Source: a virus (Duplodnaviria; Caudoviricetes). From it: a stretch of 64,000 nucleotides of DNA. The notes beneath the pieces are model-generated. The model was not told the origin of the DNA and made no database searches. It saw only the letters and a program-made list of their open reading frames with translations. Location of the stretch: positions 64,001-128,000 of the IMG/VR virus record IMGVR_UViG_3300037400_002156; one strand, given 5' to 3'. Of this stretch, positions 29,484-38,859 are shown in pieces (position 1 is the stretch's first letter; the number at the start of each line of letters is the position of its first letter). The position numbers and the translations under genes were made by a program.

Positions 29484-30188
29484 GTCAGATCCAATGTCAA
29501 TATAAGTTGTAAATAGCTTATCACATTTAGAGCATTTAACTTCATGTGTCATCTTTACGCCAAATGAAGCTCCCATTTCAGAAAATGCATCATCAATATA
29601 AATAGCATCGCATGGATTAAGATTTTCATACCATTCTGCTTTTTCTACAATGTCTTTACCATCAACATCAATAAGTGAAACAGTAGTATAAATTTGTAAA
29701 AACTCAGACATTGGCTTTTTAAATTTACTTGCACGACGATCAGCTTCTTGTTTTGCTTTGTTAATATCTGCGCCAGTTGGAAAACGAATAGAAATTTCTT
29801 TTCCACATTTAGGTAACGTGATTGGAATAGGATATTTGTCTACATATAAATAATTAATCTCTAGATCTCCAAGATCCCAATCAAGATTTTCTATGCTATT
29901 ACATTCTGGGCATTTAATTTCCATTTTAATAATATTACCAAGAGTCATCTCACGAGTTTTAAATAAAATAGCAAGAATATCTTCTTGATGCATATCTTTC
30001 GCTTTAACTGGACAATCTACTAAGCAAGTGTCAACAAATTGGCGGATTCCGGTTTCGGATGCGTTCGCTGAGAGTAAATCTTTATATGACTTTGTAGTAA
30101 AAGGCTTAACTTTTACATTACCATCAAATTCTGGTAAACGATAAATTATTCCCCTTGAAGGTAGAAGTAACTCTTCTGTAAAAGACAT
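29382..30188 (-). CDS. T4 gp26-like baseplate hub/tail assembly chaperone
   Basis: LPSRGIIY, VKPFT, CPEC, CSKC...DFF. Confidence 0.8.
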   Translation of the reverse strand: MSFTEELLLPSRGIIYRLPEFDGNVKVKPFTTKSYKDLLSANASETGIRQFVDTCLVDCPVKAKDMHQEDILAILFKTREMTLGNIIKMEIKCPECNSIENLDWDLGDLEINYLYVDKYPIPITLPKCGKEISIRFPTGADINKAKQEADRRASKFKKPMSEFLQIYTTVSLIDVDGKDIVEKAEWYENLNPCDAIYIDDAFSEMGASFGVKMTHEVKCSKCDKLFTTYIDIGSDFFRSTKCKSLGITSKKGNLAGAVKEPDIPVETP

Positions 30189-30297
30189 AACGTAAGCTCC
30201 TATAGCTAATTAAGTTAATAGACTAAATCATTTTAAATAGATATAATTTATATACACATTATGTATGTAAAATAAATAACTTTATTCTACTTTAGCA

Positions 30298-31146
30298 TTA
30301 TTTCCATTTAGCAATTACACCACGATCTCTGTAATATCTTACTTTTTCTTTAAACTCTTCCCATTTAGCATCACCTTTTTCAGGCGGCCACACAAACGGT
30401 TGTGGACATAACTTTCCTGTAGCCATGCAATGAGTTATTATATGTGAATCATCAATCTTATAAACATTTGCTAAATAAGCAACTGTCTTTGCAACATTTT
30501 CAATAGTCTCATCTTCAAAATACCAGTCAGTATCTGTTGCTTTTTTAGAAGCTGTGCTTTTCTTTTTAACACAGAAATCAATGCCAAGTGAATAATAGTT
30601 ACCTTTAAAATCATCACCTTCAGATTGCCATTTTAAATGGCTCTTTGCGGCAAGATCATATCTCCAGCCATTAGTTTTATAATTAGCAAGCTGCTCCAAT
30701 GTCATCTCTTTATCTTTCTTTGGTTGTTGAACTTTACCACCACACACATGCCAGGCCGCATACTTTAATGGAACAGCTGCATAAATGTCTTTTTCATCAA
30801 TATAGAAATGTGACGATGCACCTGTATTGTTTTTCATTGCTTTGCACATAGATTTTGCACTGACATTAGCGCATGCTGTGTAATGTACAACGATCCAAGT
30901 TGGTGGGTTACTGAATTTCTTTCCATGGGCATATTCATATATTGAATTATGAATAGTTATTTCAATAGGTTCTTTCTTTTCTGATTTAATCTCTTCAGTT
31001 TCAACTGCTATCGTAGGTTCTTCTGTTTTAGAAGATTCAAATAAATCTGCGTCAGAAGTAGCTGCACTCGTAACTTTCTTTTCTATTCTAATATCACCTA
31101 TAACTGATTTAAGCGCACATCCAATTTTACTACACCAATCAAACAT
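30298..31146 (-). CDS. Endolysin, N-acetylmuramoyl-L-alanine amidase (Amidase_2)
   Basis: IVVHYTA, SSHFYID, AWH, IITH...KLCP zinc ligands. Confidence 0.9.
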   Translation of the reverse strand: MFDWCSKIGCALKSVIGDIRIEKKVTSAATSDADLFESSKTEEPTIAVETEEIKSEKKEPIEITIHNSIYEYAHGKKFSNPPTWIVVHYTACANVSAKSMCKAMKNNTGASSHFYIDEKDIYAAVPLKYAAWHVCGGKVQQPKKDKEMTLEQLANYKTNGWRYDLAAKSHLKWQSEGDDFKGNYYSLGIDFCVKKKSTASKKATDTDWYFEDETIENVAKTVAYLANVYKIDDSHIITHCMATGKLCPQPFVWPPEKGDAKWEEFKEKVRYYRDRGVIAKWK

Positions 31147-31222
31147 AATAAATTCTCCTAAAATAAAAGCTGTAAATATGGGTCTAATTTATAGATAACA
31201 TATTTACAGCTTTAATATTAAG

Positions 31223-32458
31223 TTACTTATTATCTCTGAATGATGTAACTAGTTTTGCTACTTCGTCTTTTATAGTTGCTAACACATCATCTTTATCATA
31301 GTTGTCCAACACTTTATTGATATACGCAGCAACTGTATTCATATCATCCTCTTTCATACCGATCGTTGTTAGAATAGAAGTACCTAATCTAATTCCAGAT
31401 GACTTAGATGGAGGTAATGGATCGTATGGGATTTGGTTTGCATTACATTCAATGCCAGCTTTTTCTAATGCAATAGCCGCTGTTTTTCCGTCAATTCCTT
31501 TTGAAGTTAAATCAACAACCATTAAATGCGAATCGGTACCACCAGATACTATCTCTAAACTGTACACATGCTGTAACACATCTGCAAGCTTTTTTGCATT
31601 CTTAATAACCTGTTCTGCATAATCTTTAAATTCTTCAGTTGTAGCTTCTTTTAATGCAACAGCAATTCCAGCAATATTATTCATATGCGGTCCACCCTGA
31701 CATCCACCAGGAAACACTGATCTGTCAATTTTCTTTGCAAACTCATTTCTACACAAAATAATAGCGCCTCTCGCTCCACGAAGAGTTTTATGTGTAGTCA
31801 TAGTAACTACATCAGCATATGGAACCGGTGAAGGATAAACACCACCAGCAATTAGTCCAGCAACGTGGGCTACGTCTGCAACAAAGTAGCATCCAGCTTT
31901 ATTTGAAATTTCTCTTAATCGTTTCCAGTCAAGAACTCTACTGTATGCAGTTGTTCCAATCAACATTATTTTTGGGTGAACATTGTATACAAAATCTTCA
32001 AGTGTATCATAGTTAATTAGCTGTGTTTTCTCATCTACATCAAACTGATGGACTTCATACAAAATGCCACTTAGATTAACTTTATGTCCGTGGCTCAAAT
32101 GGCCACCAGAATTTAATCCTAAGCCAACAACTTTATCACCTGGATTGCATAAAGCAAAATATACAGCCATATTACACGGACTACCTGAATATGGTTGGAC
32201 ATTTACATGCCAATCATCTGGCAGATTAAAAGCTTCTCTTGCTCTTTCTATGCAGAGATTCTCAATCTTATCTGAGTTTTCTTGCCCTTGATAATATCTT
32301 TTTCCTGGATATCCCTCACTATATTTTGAAGTAAAAACACTCGAAAGAGCTTCTCTTACGTCACTAGAAGGTTCACTTTCTGATGCAATCATCCTAAGAG
32401 TATTTCTTTGTCTTTTTTCTTCAGCTTCAATAATAAATTTAACTTCTTTATCTTTCAT
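31223..32458 (-). CDS. glyA: Serine hydroxymethyltransferase
   Basis: IASE, KYSEGYPGKRYY, GGHLSHG, TTHKTLRG, SGIRLGT. Confidence 0.98.
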   Translation of the reverse strand: MKDKEVKFIIEAEEKRQRNTLRMIASESEPSSDVREALSSVFTSKYSEGYPGKRYYQGQENSDKIENLCIERAREAFNLPDDWHVNVQPYSGSPCNMAVYFALCNPGDKVVGLGLNSGGHLSHGHKVNLSGILYEVHQFDVDEKTQLINYDTLEDFVYNVHPKIMLIGTTAYSRVLDWKRLREISNKAGCYFVADVAHVAGLIAGGVYPSPVPYADVVTMTTHKTLRGARGAIILCRNEFAKKIDRSVFPGGCQGGPHMNNIAGIAVALKEATTEEFKDYAEQVIKNAKKLADVLQHVYSLEIVSGGTDSHLMVVDLTSKGIDGKTAAIALEKAGIECNANQIPYDPLPPSKSSGIRLGTSILTTIGMKEDDMNTVAAYINKVLDNYDKDDVLATIKDEVAKLVTSFRDNK

Positions 32459-32481
32459 ATACTATAATAATCTCCAAAAAA

Positions 32482-32796
32482 TTAAAGACTTTCAATCATA
32501 TTCTTAATGCCTACTTGATTAAACCCTACAATACGATTTGTCTCTAATCCATTCTTGAAAACAGTTACACATGGCACAGACTGAATAGCTAGCTTCTCTG
32601 CAGTGTTAGAAGCTTCTTCTATATTAGCTTTGCAAAATAATGCTTTATCTTCATATGTATCTGATAATTTCTCAATAAACGGAGATAAAGCTCTGCAAGG
32701 TCCACACCATGTAGCCCAAAAATCAATAACAACTACTTCATTTTCTTTAATAACTTCATTAAAGTTATTATCAGTTATGTTCACATTTATGCTCAT
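32482..32796 (-). CDS. trxA: Thioredoxin
   Basis: DFWATWCGPC. Confidence 0.97.
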   Translation of the reverse strand: MSINVNITDNNFNEVIKENEVVVIDFWATWCGPCRALSPFIEKLSDTYEDKALFCKANIEEASNTAEKLAIQSVPCVTVFKNGLETNRIVGFNQVGIKNMIESL

Positions 32797-32808
32797 ACTA
32801 ATTTCTCC

Positions 32809-33441
32809 TTATAGATAGTTTATATTAAAATCAGACATTTTTTCTTTATAATTATTTATAATACCTGACACTTCATTATATACATCGTCAGCCGATTTAT
32901 TTGCATCAACGTAAATTATATTAGTGTGCTTACTTAATTTATTTAAAATAGTATGATAAGCTTCATTAAGATCTTTTAAATACTGAATTGGTATATTGTT
33001 CTCGCAATCTCTAGATCTCTTATTTATTCTGTTAAGTGACTCTTCTACAGATAGTTCTAGTTTAATAACAATATCTGGATATGCTGTTTTAGACGCAAGA
33101 ATAGAATGCATATTTAAATACGTTTTATACTCATCATTAGTAAAGTAATGTGAATCATATTGTAGAATAGCAAATGCAGCGTCAGAGTAAATTGAACTGT
33201 CAAGAATAACAATTTCACCTCGCAATGATCTCATATATGCTTCTTGAGTTTGTTTGTATCTTTCCCATAAATAATATGTCTGTAATGTAAAACTCCATCG
33301 TGCAGGATCTTTGTAGTAGTCAACTAAAAATGGATTATTATCAACAGGTTCCTCAAATATAGTATAATTATCTCTTAGAGCTAAATTATTAACGAGAGTA
33401 CTTTTACCAGAACCAATTAAGCCGATTACACATACTATCAT
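32809..33441 (-). CDS. Deoxynucleoside kinase
   Basis: GLIGSGKST, EEPV, RINKRSRDCE, YLKDLNEAY. Confidence 0.9.
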   Translation of the reverse strand: MIVCVIGLIGSGKSTLVNNLALRDNYTIFEEPVDNNPFLVDYYKDPARWSFTLQTYYLWERYKQTQEAYMRSLRGEIVILDSSIYSDAAFAILQYDSHYFTNDEYKTYLNMHSILASKTAYPDIVIKLELSVEESLNRINKRSRDCENNIPIQYLKDLNEAYHTILNKLSKHTNIIYVDANKSADDVYNEVSGIINNYKEKMSDFNINYL

Positions 33442-33526
33442 AGCCATACCTTTATGTAAAGAAAAATAAAAGATGTACACTCAATAATGAATATACATCT
33501 TTTATTTATAAGTTTAAATAGTGCTG

Positions 33527-34648
33527 CTATTTAGCGTAATTTTTATTAAAATGTCTCGCTAACATATCAGCAGCGTCTCTAAATGATTTCGCAGTGCCTA
33601 CTTTTTTATCATTATTTTCTAATTCAATAGAATTAGACTCATTCACTATAAGATCATAATCAGTTACATAGTCTGGGTTATATACACTTACATTTAAGAA
33701 GCCGTAGTCAGCATTATCATCTGCAATGTCAACTTCTAACTCTGGTAAATCGTATTCTGTAAAAGCTTTTTCTACCAATGATTGAATATTCTTACAATCA
33801 AAAGTAGTCAATGGAACATTTTCAAATTTACGACGTTTGCTCTCTAGTTTGCCGTTAAGAGTCTGTAATATAAACTTAGCGCATTTATTTATATCATCAA
33901 AATGAAATGGCTTTAAGCACCCAATCTTAACATTGTTATCGTTAAGTGCAGAGCAATACATATCACTACGCTTACCAGTTGTCGATGCAATTATAAAATG
34001 AATATTATTAGAGCTAGCATTATCGCGATTAGTAAGAATTATATGAAATGGTTTCTTTGATGATTTATTTACATTATCATTTGGCTCTAATCTACGTTTA
34101 ATTGACGGATATTTTGAAAAAAGCTGCTTTAACCAAGCAGCTTCATCAGTCTCTTTAGGTTTATTAAATACTTCTAAAAATTCGTCACACCTATTAGATT
34201 CTGATTTATTACGTCGTTTTAATGCAGCGTTTATTTGATCTCTTATAAACTTAGCAATCTTGTCAAGATCTTTGTCAATATTTACAGGATTCAGTACAGC
34301 TATTGGCTTAGACTTATGATCATCATCAACTACAGAGCAATACATATTATTTTTATTACTAGGAGTAGAGATTATAAAGCGTAAATTATTAAGATTTCCG
34401 TATTCTTTATCTTTAACATACAAGAATAAATGAAACACGTTATCTGGCTTGCTAGATGGAGATGAGACATTAAGATATTTACTTAAATCCGGATCTTTTT
34501 TAAATAACTTCTTTACAAATTCAGCTTGATCTTTTACTTTTGGTTTTTCTAATCCAAAGAACTTAAATTCGTTCTTAACATCATCTCTATCTTGAAGAGT
34601 TAATCTTTCAAGACGAGATAATCTCTCTTCAAGAGTAGACTTACTCAT
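33527..34648 (-). CDS. Leader-family protein with tandem duplicated domain
   Basis: LEERLSRLERL leader; two copies of a FH...FII...MYCS...AKFI domain. Confidence 0.7.
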   Translation of the reverse strand: MSKSTLEERLSRLERLTLQDRDDVKNEFKFFGLEKPKVKDQAEFVKKLFKKDPDLSKYLNVSSPSSKPDNVFHLFLYVKDKEYGNLNNLRFIISTPSNKNNMYCSVVDDDHKSKPIAVLNPVNIDKDLDKIAKFIRDQINAALKRRNKSESNRCDEFLEVFNKPKETDEAAWLKQLFSKYPSIKRRLEPNDNVNKSSKKPFHIILTNRDNASSNNIHFIIASTTGKRSDMYCSALNDNNVKIGCLKPFHFDDINKCAKFILQTLNGKLESKRRKFENVPLTTFDCKNIQSLVEKAFTEYDLPELEVDIADDNADYGFLNVSVYNPDYVTDYDLIVNESNSIELENNDKKVGTAKSFRDAADMLARHFNKNYAK

Positions 34649-34658
34649 ATGGCACCTC

Positions 34659-35102
34659 TTATCGTCTATATAACTTCTTTTCTAGTTTACGAACACGTGA
34701 CTCTAATGAAGCAGTATATTCTACATTATCTCTATAGCGATCCATCCAATCTGAATTATTTCTATTGAATGAAACGTTATCGCATTCTCCATTTTCTATA
34801 CAGTCTAAACTATCATTTACTAATTTTTCAAGATCATACTCAATCTGATCTCTCTGATTTTCAATGTCTTCAATGTCTACACCATATTGAGCAGCTAAAT
34901 CAGCAATACACTCATCAGCGTACACACTTACGTCAGTATCTTCTAAATCATATTTAAGATCTTTAATGTCATTATCATTTTTATCTAAAAAATCATTACA
35001 GTAACTATTAAACCAATTATATACATCAGCAGAAATATCATAGTTTTCATTCTTTAATAACTTTTCGAGTCTAGATATTCTTGCTTCTAATTTCTTATCC
35101 AT
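34659..35102 (-). CDS. Leader-family acidic protein
   Basis: LEARISRLEKLLKNE at N-terminus, LESRVRKLEKKL at C-terminus. Confidence 0.7.
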   Translation of the reverse strand: MDKKLEARISRLEKLLKNENYDISADVYNWFNSYCNDFLDKNDNDIKDLKYDLEDTDVSVYADECIADLAAQYGVDIEDIENQRDQIEYDLEKLVNDSLDCIENGECDNVSFNRNNSDWMDRYRDNVEYTASLESRVRKLEKKLYRR

Positions 35103-35104
35103 AA

Positions 35105-36181
35105 TTAAATCCCCATAAGTAATCTCTGATATATTGAAAACAATGCTGTTTGAAATCTTATATCACTATCAAATGAACTCATTGAAAAGTCATCCAATGC
35201 AACTTTATATAAATTCATTATTGAACGCACGTCGAATTGCTTAACAATAGCTTCAATAATAGGCTCAACTTTATATTCAGAATTAAAGCATTTCTTTGCA
35301 AGATCCAAAAATAGATTCTGATAATCATCTTTCAATAATGCAATTGGGATTCTCATAATTCTGTCAACTAATTCCATCATTACTTCTTTATGCTTTTTAA
35401 TATCTTCTGATGAAGCTCTAATATTTTTAATGAGCCATAACACTTGCGCAAAATATTTTGCTAAATATACATATCCTGACTCTTCAAGATTTAAGAAATC
35501 CTTTTCGCCAATTAACAAATATTTTTCAAATAATTTATGAGCATCTCTCATGTGCCCTTTAGAACGTAGTGCTATTAAATTAGCTACCGCTTCTGGTAAA
35601 TTGATATTCCGCTCATTAGCTATCTTATTAAGATTACTTATAACTTCTTCTTTTGACTTTGTGTGAAACTCTAATGTCAAAGATCTCGAGATAATAGTAG
35701 GTAGTATAGCACTTTTATCTGTTGTGCAGAGAACATAATAAATATTAGGCGGAGCATCCTCAAATAGTTTAAGTAGAGCAGACTGTGCTGCACGCGATGT
35801 TAAATGAAATTCGTCAAATGTAATAACACGCTTCTTACCCCTTGGGACCCATGTAAGATCTTCGTATAAATCTCTAATGTTCTCAACACGATTTACTAAA
35901 GACGAATCAAACTCGCTGTAAAATTGCGAGTTATCCAAATCCATGGTGCATGCTTCACATTTACCACATATATCGTCTGTTAAATTTTCGCATAAACACA
36001 TTCTTACAAAACATCTAGCCATTGTTGTTTTGCCACATCCATAATCTCCATTAAAGATATATACAGACGGGCCTGAATTTTTAGCTACAGATAGTAAGAG
36101 TTTTTTGTTTACATCACATCCAACAATATCTTTTAGATTTCTAGGTCTATATTCGTATGTACTACTCATATAATTTGCCAT
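35105..36181 (-). CDS. dnaX: DNA polymerase III gamma/tau-like clamp loader subunit
   Basis: YRPRNLKDIVG, GDYGCGKTT, C4 zinc module, DEFH, ALLKLFE, TIISR, GHMRDA. Confidence 0.9.
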   Translation of the reverse strand: MANYMSSTYEYRPRNLKDIVGCDVNKKLLLSVAKNSGPSVYIFNGDYGCGKTTMARCFVRMCLCENLTDDICGKCEACTMDLDNSQFYSEFDSSLVNRVENIRDLYEDLTWVPRGKKRVITFDEFHLTSRAAQSALLKLFEDAPPNIYYVLCTTDKSAILPTIISRSLTLEFHTKSKEEVISNLNKIANERNINLPEAVANLIALRSKGHMRDAHKLFEKYLLIGEKDFLNLEESGYVYLAKYFAQVLWLIKNIRASSEDIKKHKEVMMELVDRIMRIPIALLKDDYQNLFLDLAKKCFNSEYKVEPIIEAIVKQFDVRSIMNLYKVALDDFSMSSFDSDIRFQTALFSIYQRLLMGI

Positions 36182-36242
36182 ATAAAAATAATGTACTGTA
36201 TATTAAACACAGTACATTATATACACGATTATAATAGTTAAG

Positions 36243-37448
36243 TTAAACTGGCATGTTTGCTGAATCTATTGAAGCAGCACTCTTTAATAAAGAAGAAATC
36301 TTTTTATTAGATGACAGTGAAATAGCAGTATCACCATTTTTGTTAGTAATATTAGTATCTGCTCCTAACTTAACAAGCAGTTTAACTGTATCGTAATCTC
36401 CATTCTTAACGGCGATCATTAGAGCAGTGTTTCCATTTTTATCTTGCGCATCAATATTAGCACCAGCTTTTATAATCCGTTTAGTAACGTCATCATTAAT
36501 TCCAGCATCTACAGCGTGCATTAGCGCATTCATTCCTTTATTATCTGTTGCATTAACATCAGCGTTAGCTCTAATTAAAACAGAAGCAATGTTGTTACAC
36601 CAATTATCTATAGCATAACATAATAAAGGCATTTCATTATGTGTAATATTTGGATTAGCACCAGCTTTTAAAAGAACTCGAACAATAGGTACACTATCAT
36701 CATCTTCACTGTAGTATACTAATGGATAGCCATCTGCATCACTTTTCTTGTTTACATCAGCACCAGCTTCAATAGCTTTCTTTATTTTTGAAATGCTGTA
36801 TGAGAATAGCATTTCCTGAATACTTTCTTGTGATTTCCATTCATCTAATACAGACATTGCTATATTGAAAGATGTACCAGACTCACATCCTATATTTGCA
36901 CTTCTAGTTTTTAAGAATTTATAATACACTAGATTTTGTAATTTATCTGCATTTTTCTTTAGAGTAACAAGATCTTTTTCTTTTGTTAAGTCATGACAAG
37001 CAGCAATGTCAAATCTTATTTCTTTAATATATTTTGAAATATTTTTAATCGGGCCCTTTACAGCTTCTTCCATTTCTCTTCTTTTAGGATCATCATAATC
37101 TTTTAAATTACCATCTTCATCAAAGCCAAAATCATTATACGGACCAATTTTATAGTTTTCAGATAGTTTATCACCATCAACAACAAGCTGTACTAAAACG
37201 GTATCATCATCGCGTGAGTCAAGCACAAATGTTCCACTGCGTGTAAATGAAACATATTTATCACTATTATGAATCCAGTTTTGATATTTACCAGAGGCAG
37301 CCAGTTGATCATGTGGTAGAATATATTTTAAATATGAATCTAAAGTACATACGTGATATAGAGTACCAACTTGTTTTGCTTCAAATTTTCTTAATAGAGT
37401 ATTTTCTATTCTATCAAGTTTCTTTTCTAATAACAGTAATCTATTCAT
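36243..37448 (-). CDS. Leader-family protein: ART-like domain plus ankyrin repeats
   Basis: LYHVCT...VSFTR...EMEE, then about 5 ankyrin repeats (GNTALMIA). Confidence 0.75.
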   Translation of the reverse strand: MNRLLLLEKKLDRIENTLLRKFEAKQVGTLYHVCTLDSYLKYILPHDQLAASGKYQNWIHNSDKYVSFTRSGTFVLDSRDDDTVLVQLVVDGDKLSENYKIGPYNDFGFDEDGNLKDYDDPKRREMEEAVKGPIKNISKYIKEIRFDIAACHDLTKEKDLVTLKKNADKLQNLVYYKFLKTRSANIGCESGTSFNIAMSVLDEWKSQESIQEMLFSYSISKIKKAIEAGADVNKKSDADGYPLVYYSEDDDSVPIVRVLLKAGANPNITHNEMPLLCYAIDNWCNNIASVLIRANADVNATDNKGMNALMHAVDAGINDDVTKRIIKAGANIDAQDKNGNTALMIAVKNGDYDTVKLLVKLGADTNITNKNGDTAISLSSNKKISSLLKSAASIDSANMPV

Positions 37449-37554
37449 TTATTTTCTCCATATAATTAAGTATGGTAGAATTAATTTAATTATTTAACAA
37501 ATTAAATAGATATATAAAAGCGCATAGATTTAAATCTATGCGCTAAACTTATAA

Positions 37555-38841
37555 TTAGTCTACCTTAATTTTAAGAAGTTTAACAACTTTCTGGTATGCT
37601 GCCATATCATTATCATCAATATAATCGATAATCATATCTCTCTTATTAGCTGAGCAATTTGCAAATGCTTTCTTTGCGGCAGCATTATTTTTATTACTTA
37701 AACACATAATAACAAAATCACCAATTATACGAGAGCTTAACTTCTTAGTGTCCATTCTTTCTGCAATTACTTCAATAAGCTTCTTTGGAACATCATCGTA
37801 GTTTTTAATACGAGTTAATAGTCCACGTGAACCGGTTAAAAAGCCTTCATCAAATTTAACATCATCCATTTCACTACTTAAATAGCTTGCTACATCATAA
37901 AGACGTCTTGTCATTGAACCTCTAAAGTAAATTGGCATAATTGGAAGATTGCACCAAGTAACTAAGAAGTCAATTATGTTTATGCATTTAATCTGATCTT
38001 CTGGTGAACATGATACTATAGCATTCGGTATAAGGCCATAAGTATTATTTTCACCAGTAAGTGTAGAAGCTATAGATTTAAACCGAGCTAACGCGTCTTT
38101 AATGTCATTTCTATCAATAAATCCAAGCTCTTTTTCTTTTGCAGTTAACGTGACTTTCATATCACCACACATAACTCTTAAGCTATCATAGTTTAATTTA
38201 ACTGCATGTGCTAACATAATTTCTTTAATTTTTTCTTTATCTGTGATATCGCTAGCGTATCGTTTTATCATTGCTTTTACAGTCTTAGGATCTTCACTTG
38301 CAAGAGCAACATAAACATCTTCAATAGAAGCCGCTAGTTTTGATGTATCGATGTCATCATCATAGTCAAGAGCACCAATAGCTCCAACATTTGATTTCTT
38401 ATCTTTTACATCTTTACCTTTATCATCTAAATCTAGCTCACGTATGTCATCATCTTCTTTATCTGTAGAAGCTTTATTGCCATTTTTACTAGGATTATCA
38501 TCTAAATCTAACCCAGCTATACGGGCATCAGCTTTATCTGATGTACCTATTACATTTCTACTTTTTTTACTAGGATTATCATCAAAGTCAAGCAGTCGAA
38601 GCTTACCATCGCCTCCAACTTCAACATCTCCGGCACCAGTTTTTACAGCAGCATCATCAAATAAATCTAGTTCGCGAACTGCTGCATCAACTTCACCTTC
38701 AGATGGGACATTAACATCAGCAGTAATATCATCAAGATCTAATGTGTCAAATCGGTCTTCAAAACGTCGACCTCTACCACGAGTTATGTAATCGATATAT
38801 TTCTCAAAAGACTCATTTGTAACTACTTTATATTTTTTCAT
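37555..38841 (-). CDS. Hypothetical protein with acidic LD(L/F/Y)DD repeats
   Basis: Six motif copies in the N-terminal third. Confidence 0.65.
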   Translation of the reverse strand: MKKYKVVTNESFEKYIDYITRGRGRRFEDRFDTLDLDDITADVNVPSEGEVDAAVRELDLFDDAAVKTGAGDVEVGGDGKLRLLDFDDNPSKKSRNVIGTSDKADARIAGLDLDDNPSKNGNKASTDKEDDDIRELDLDDKGKDVKDKKSNVGAIGALDYDDDIDTSKLAASIEDVYVALASEDPKTVKAMIKRYASDITDKEKIKEIMLAHAVKLNYDSLRVMCGDMKVTLTAKEKELGFIDRNDIKDALARFKSIASTLTGENNTYGLIPNAIVSCSPEDQIKCINIIDFLVTWCNLPIMPIYFRGSMTRRLYDVASYLSSEMDDVKFDEGFLTGSRGLLTRIKNYDDVPKKLIEVIAERMDTKKLSSRIIGDFVIMCLSNKNNAAAKKAFANCSANKRDMIIDYIDDNDMAAYQKVVKLLKIKVD

Positions 38842-38859
38842 ATTTAATTCTCCAACAAA

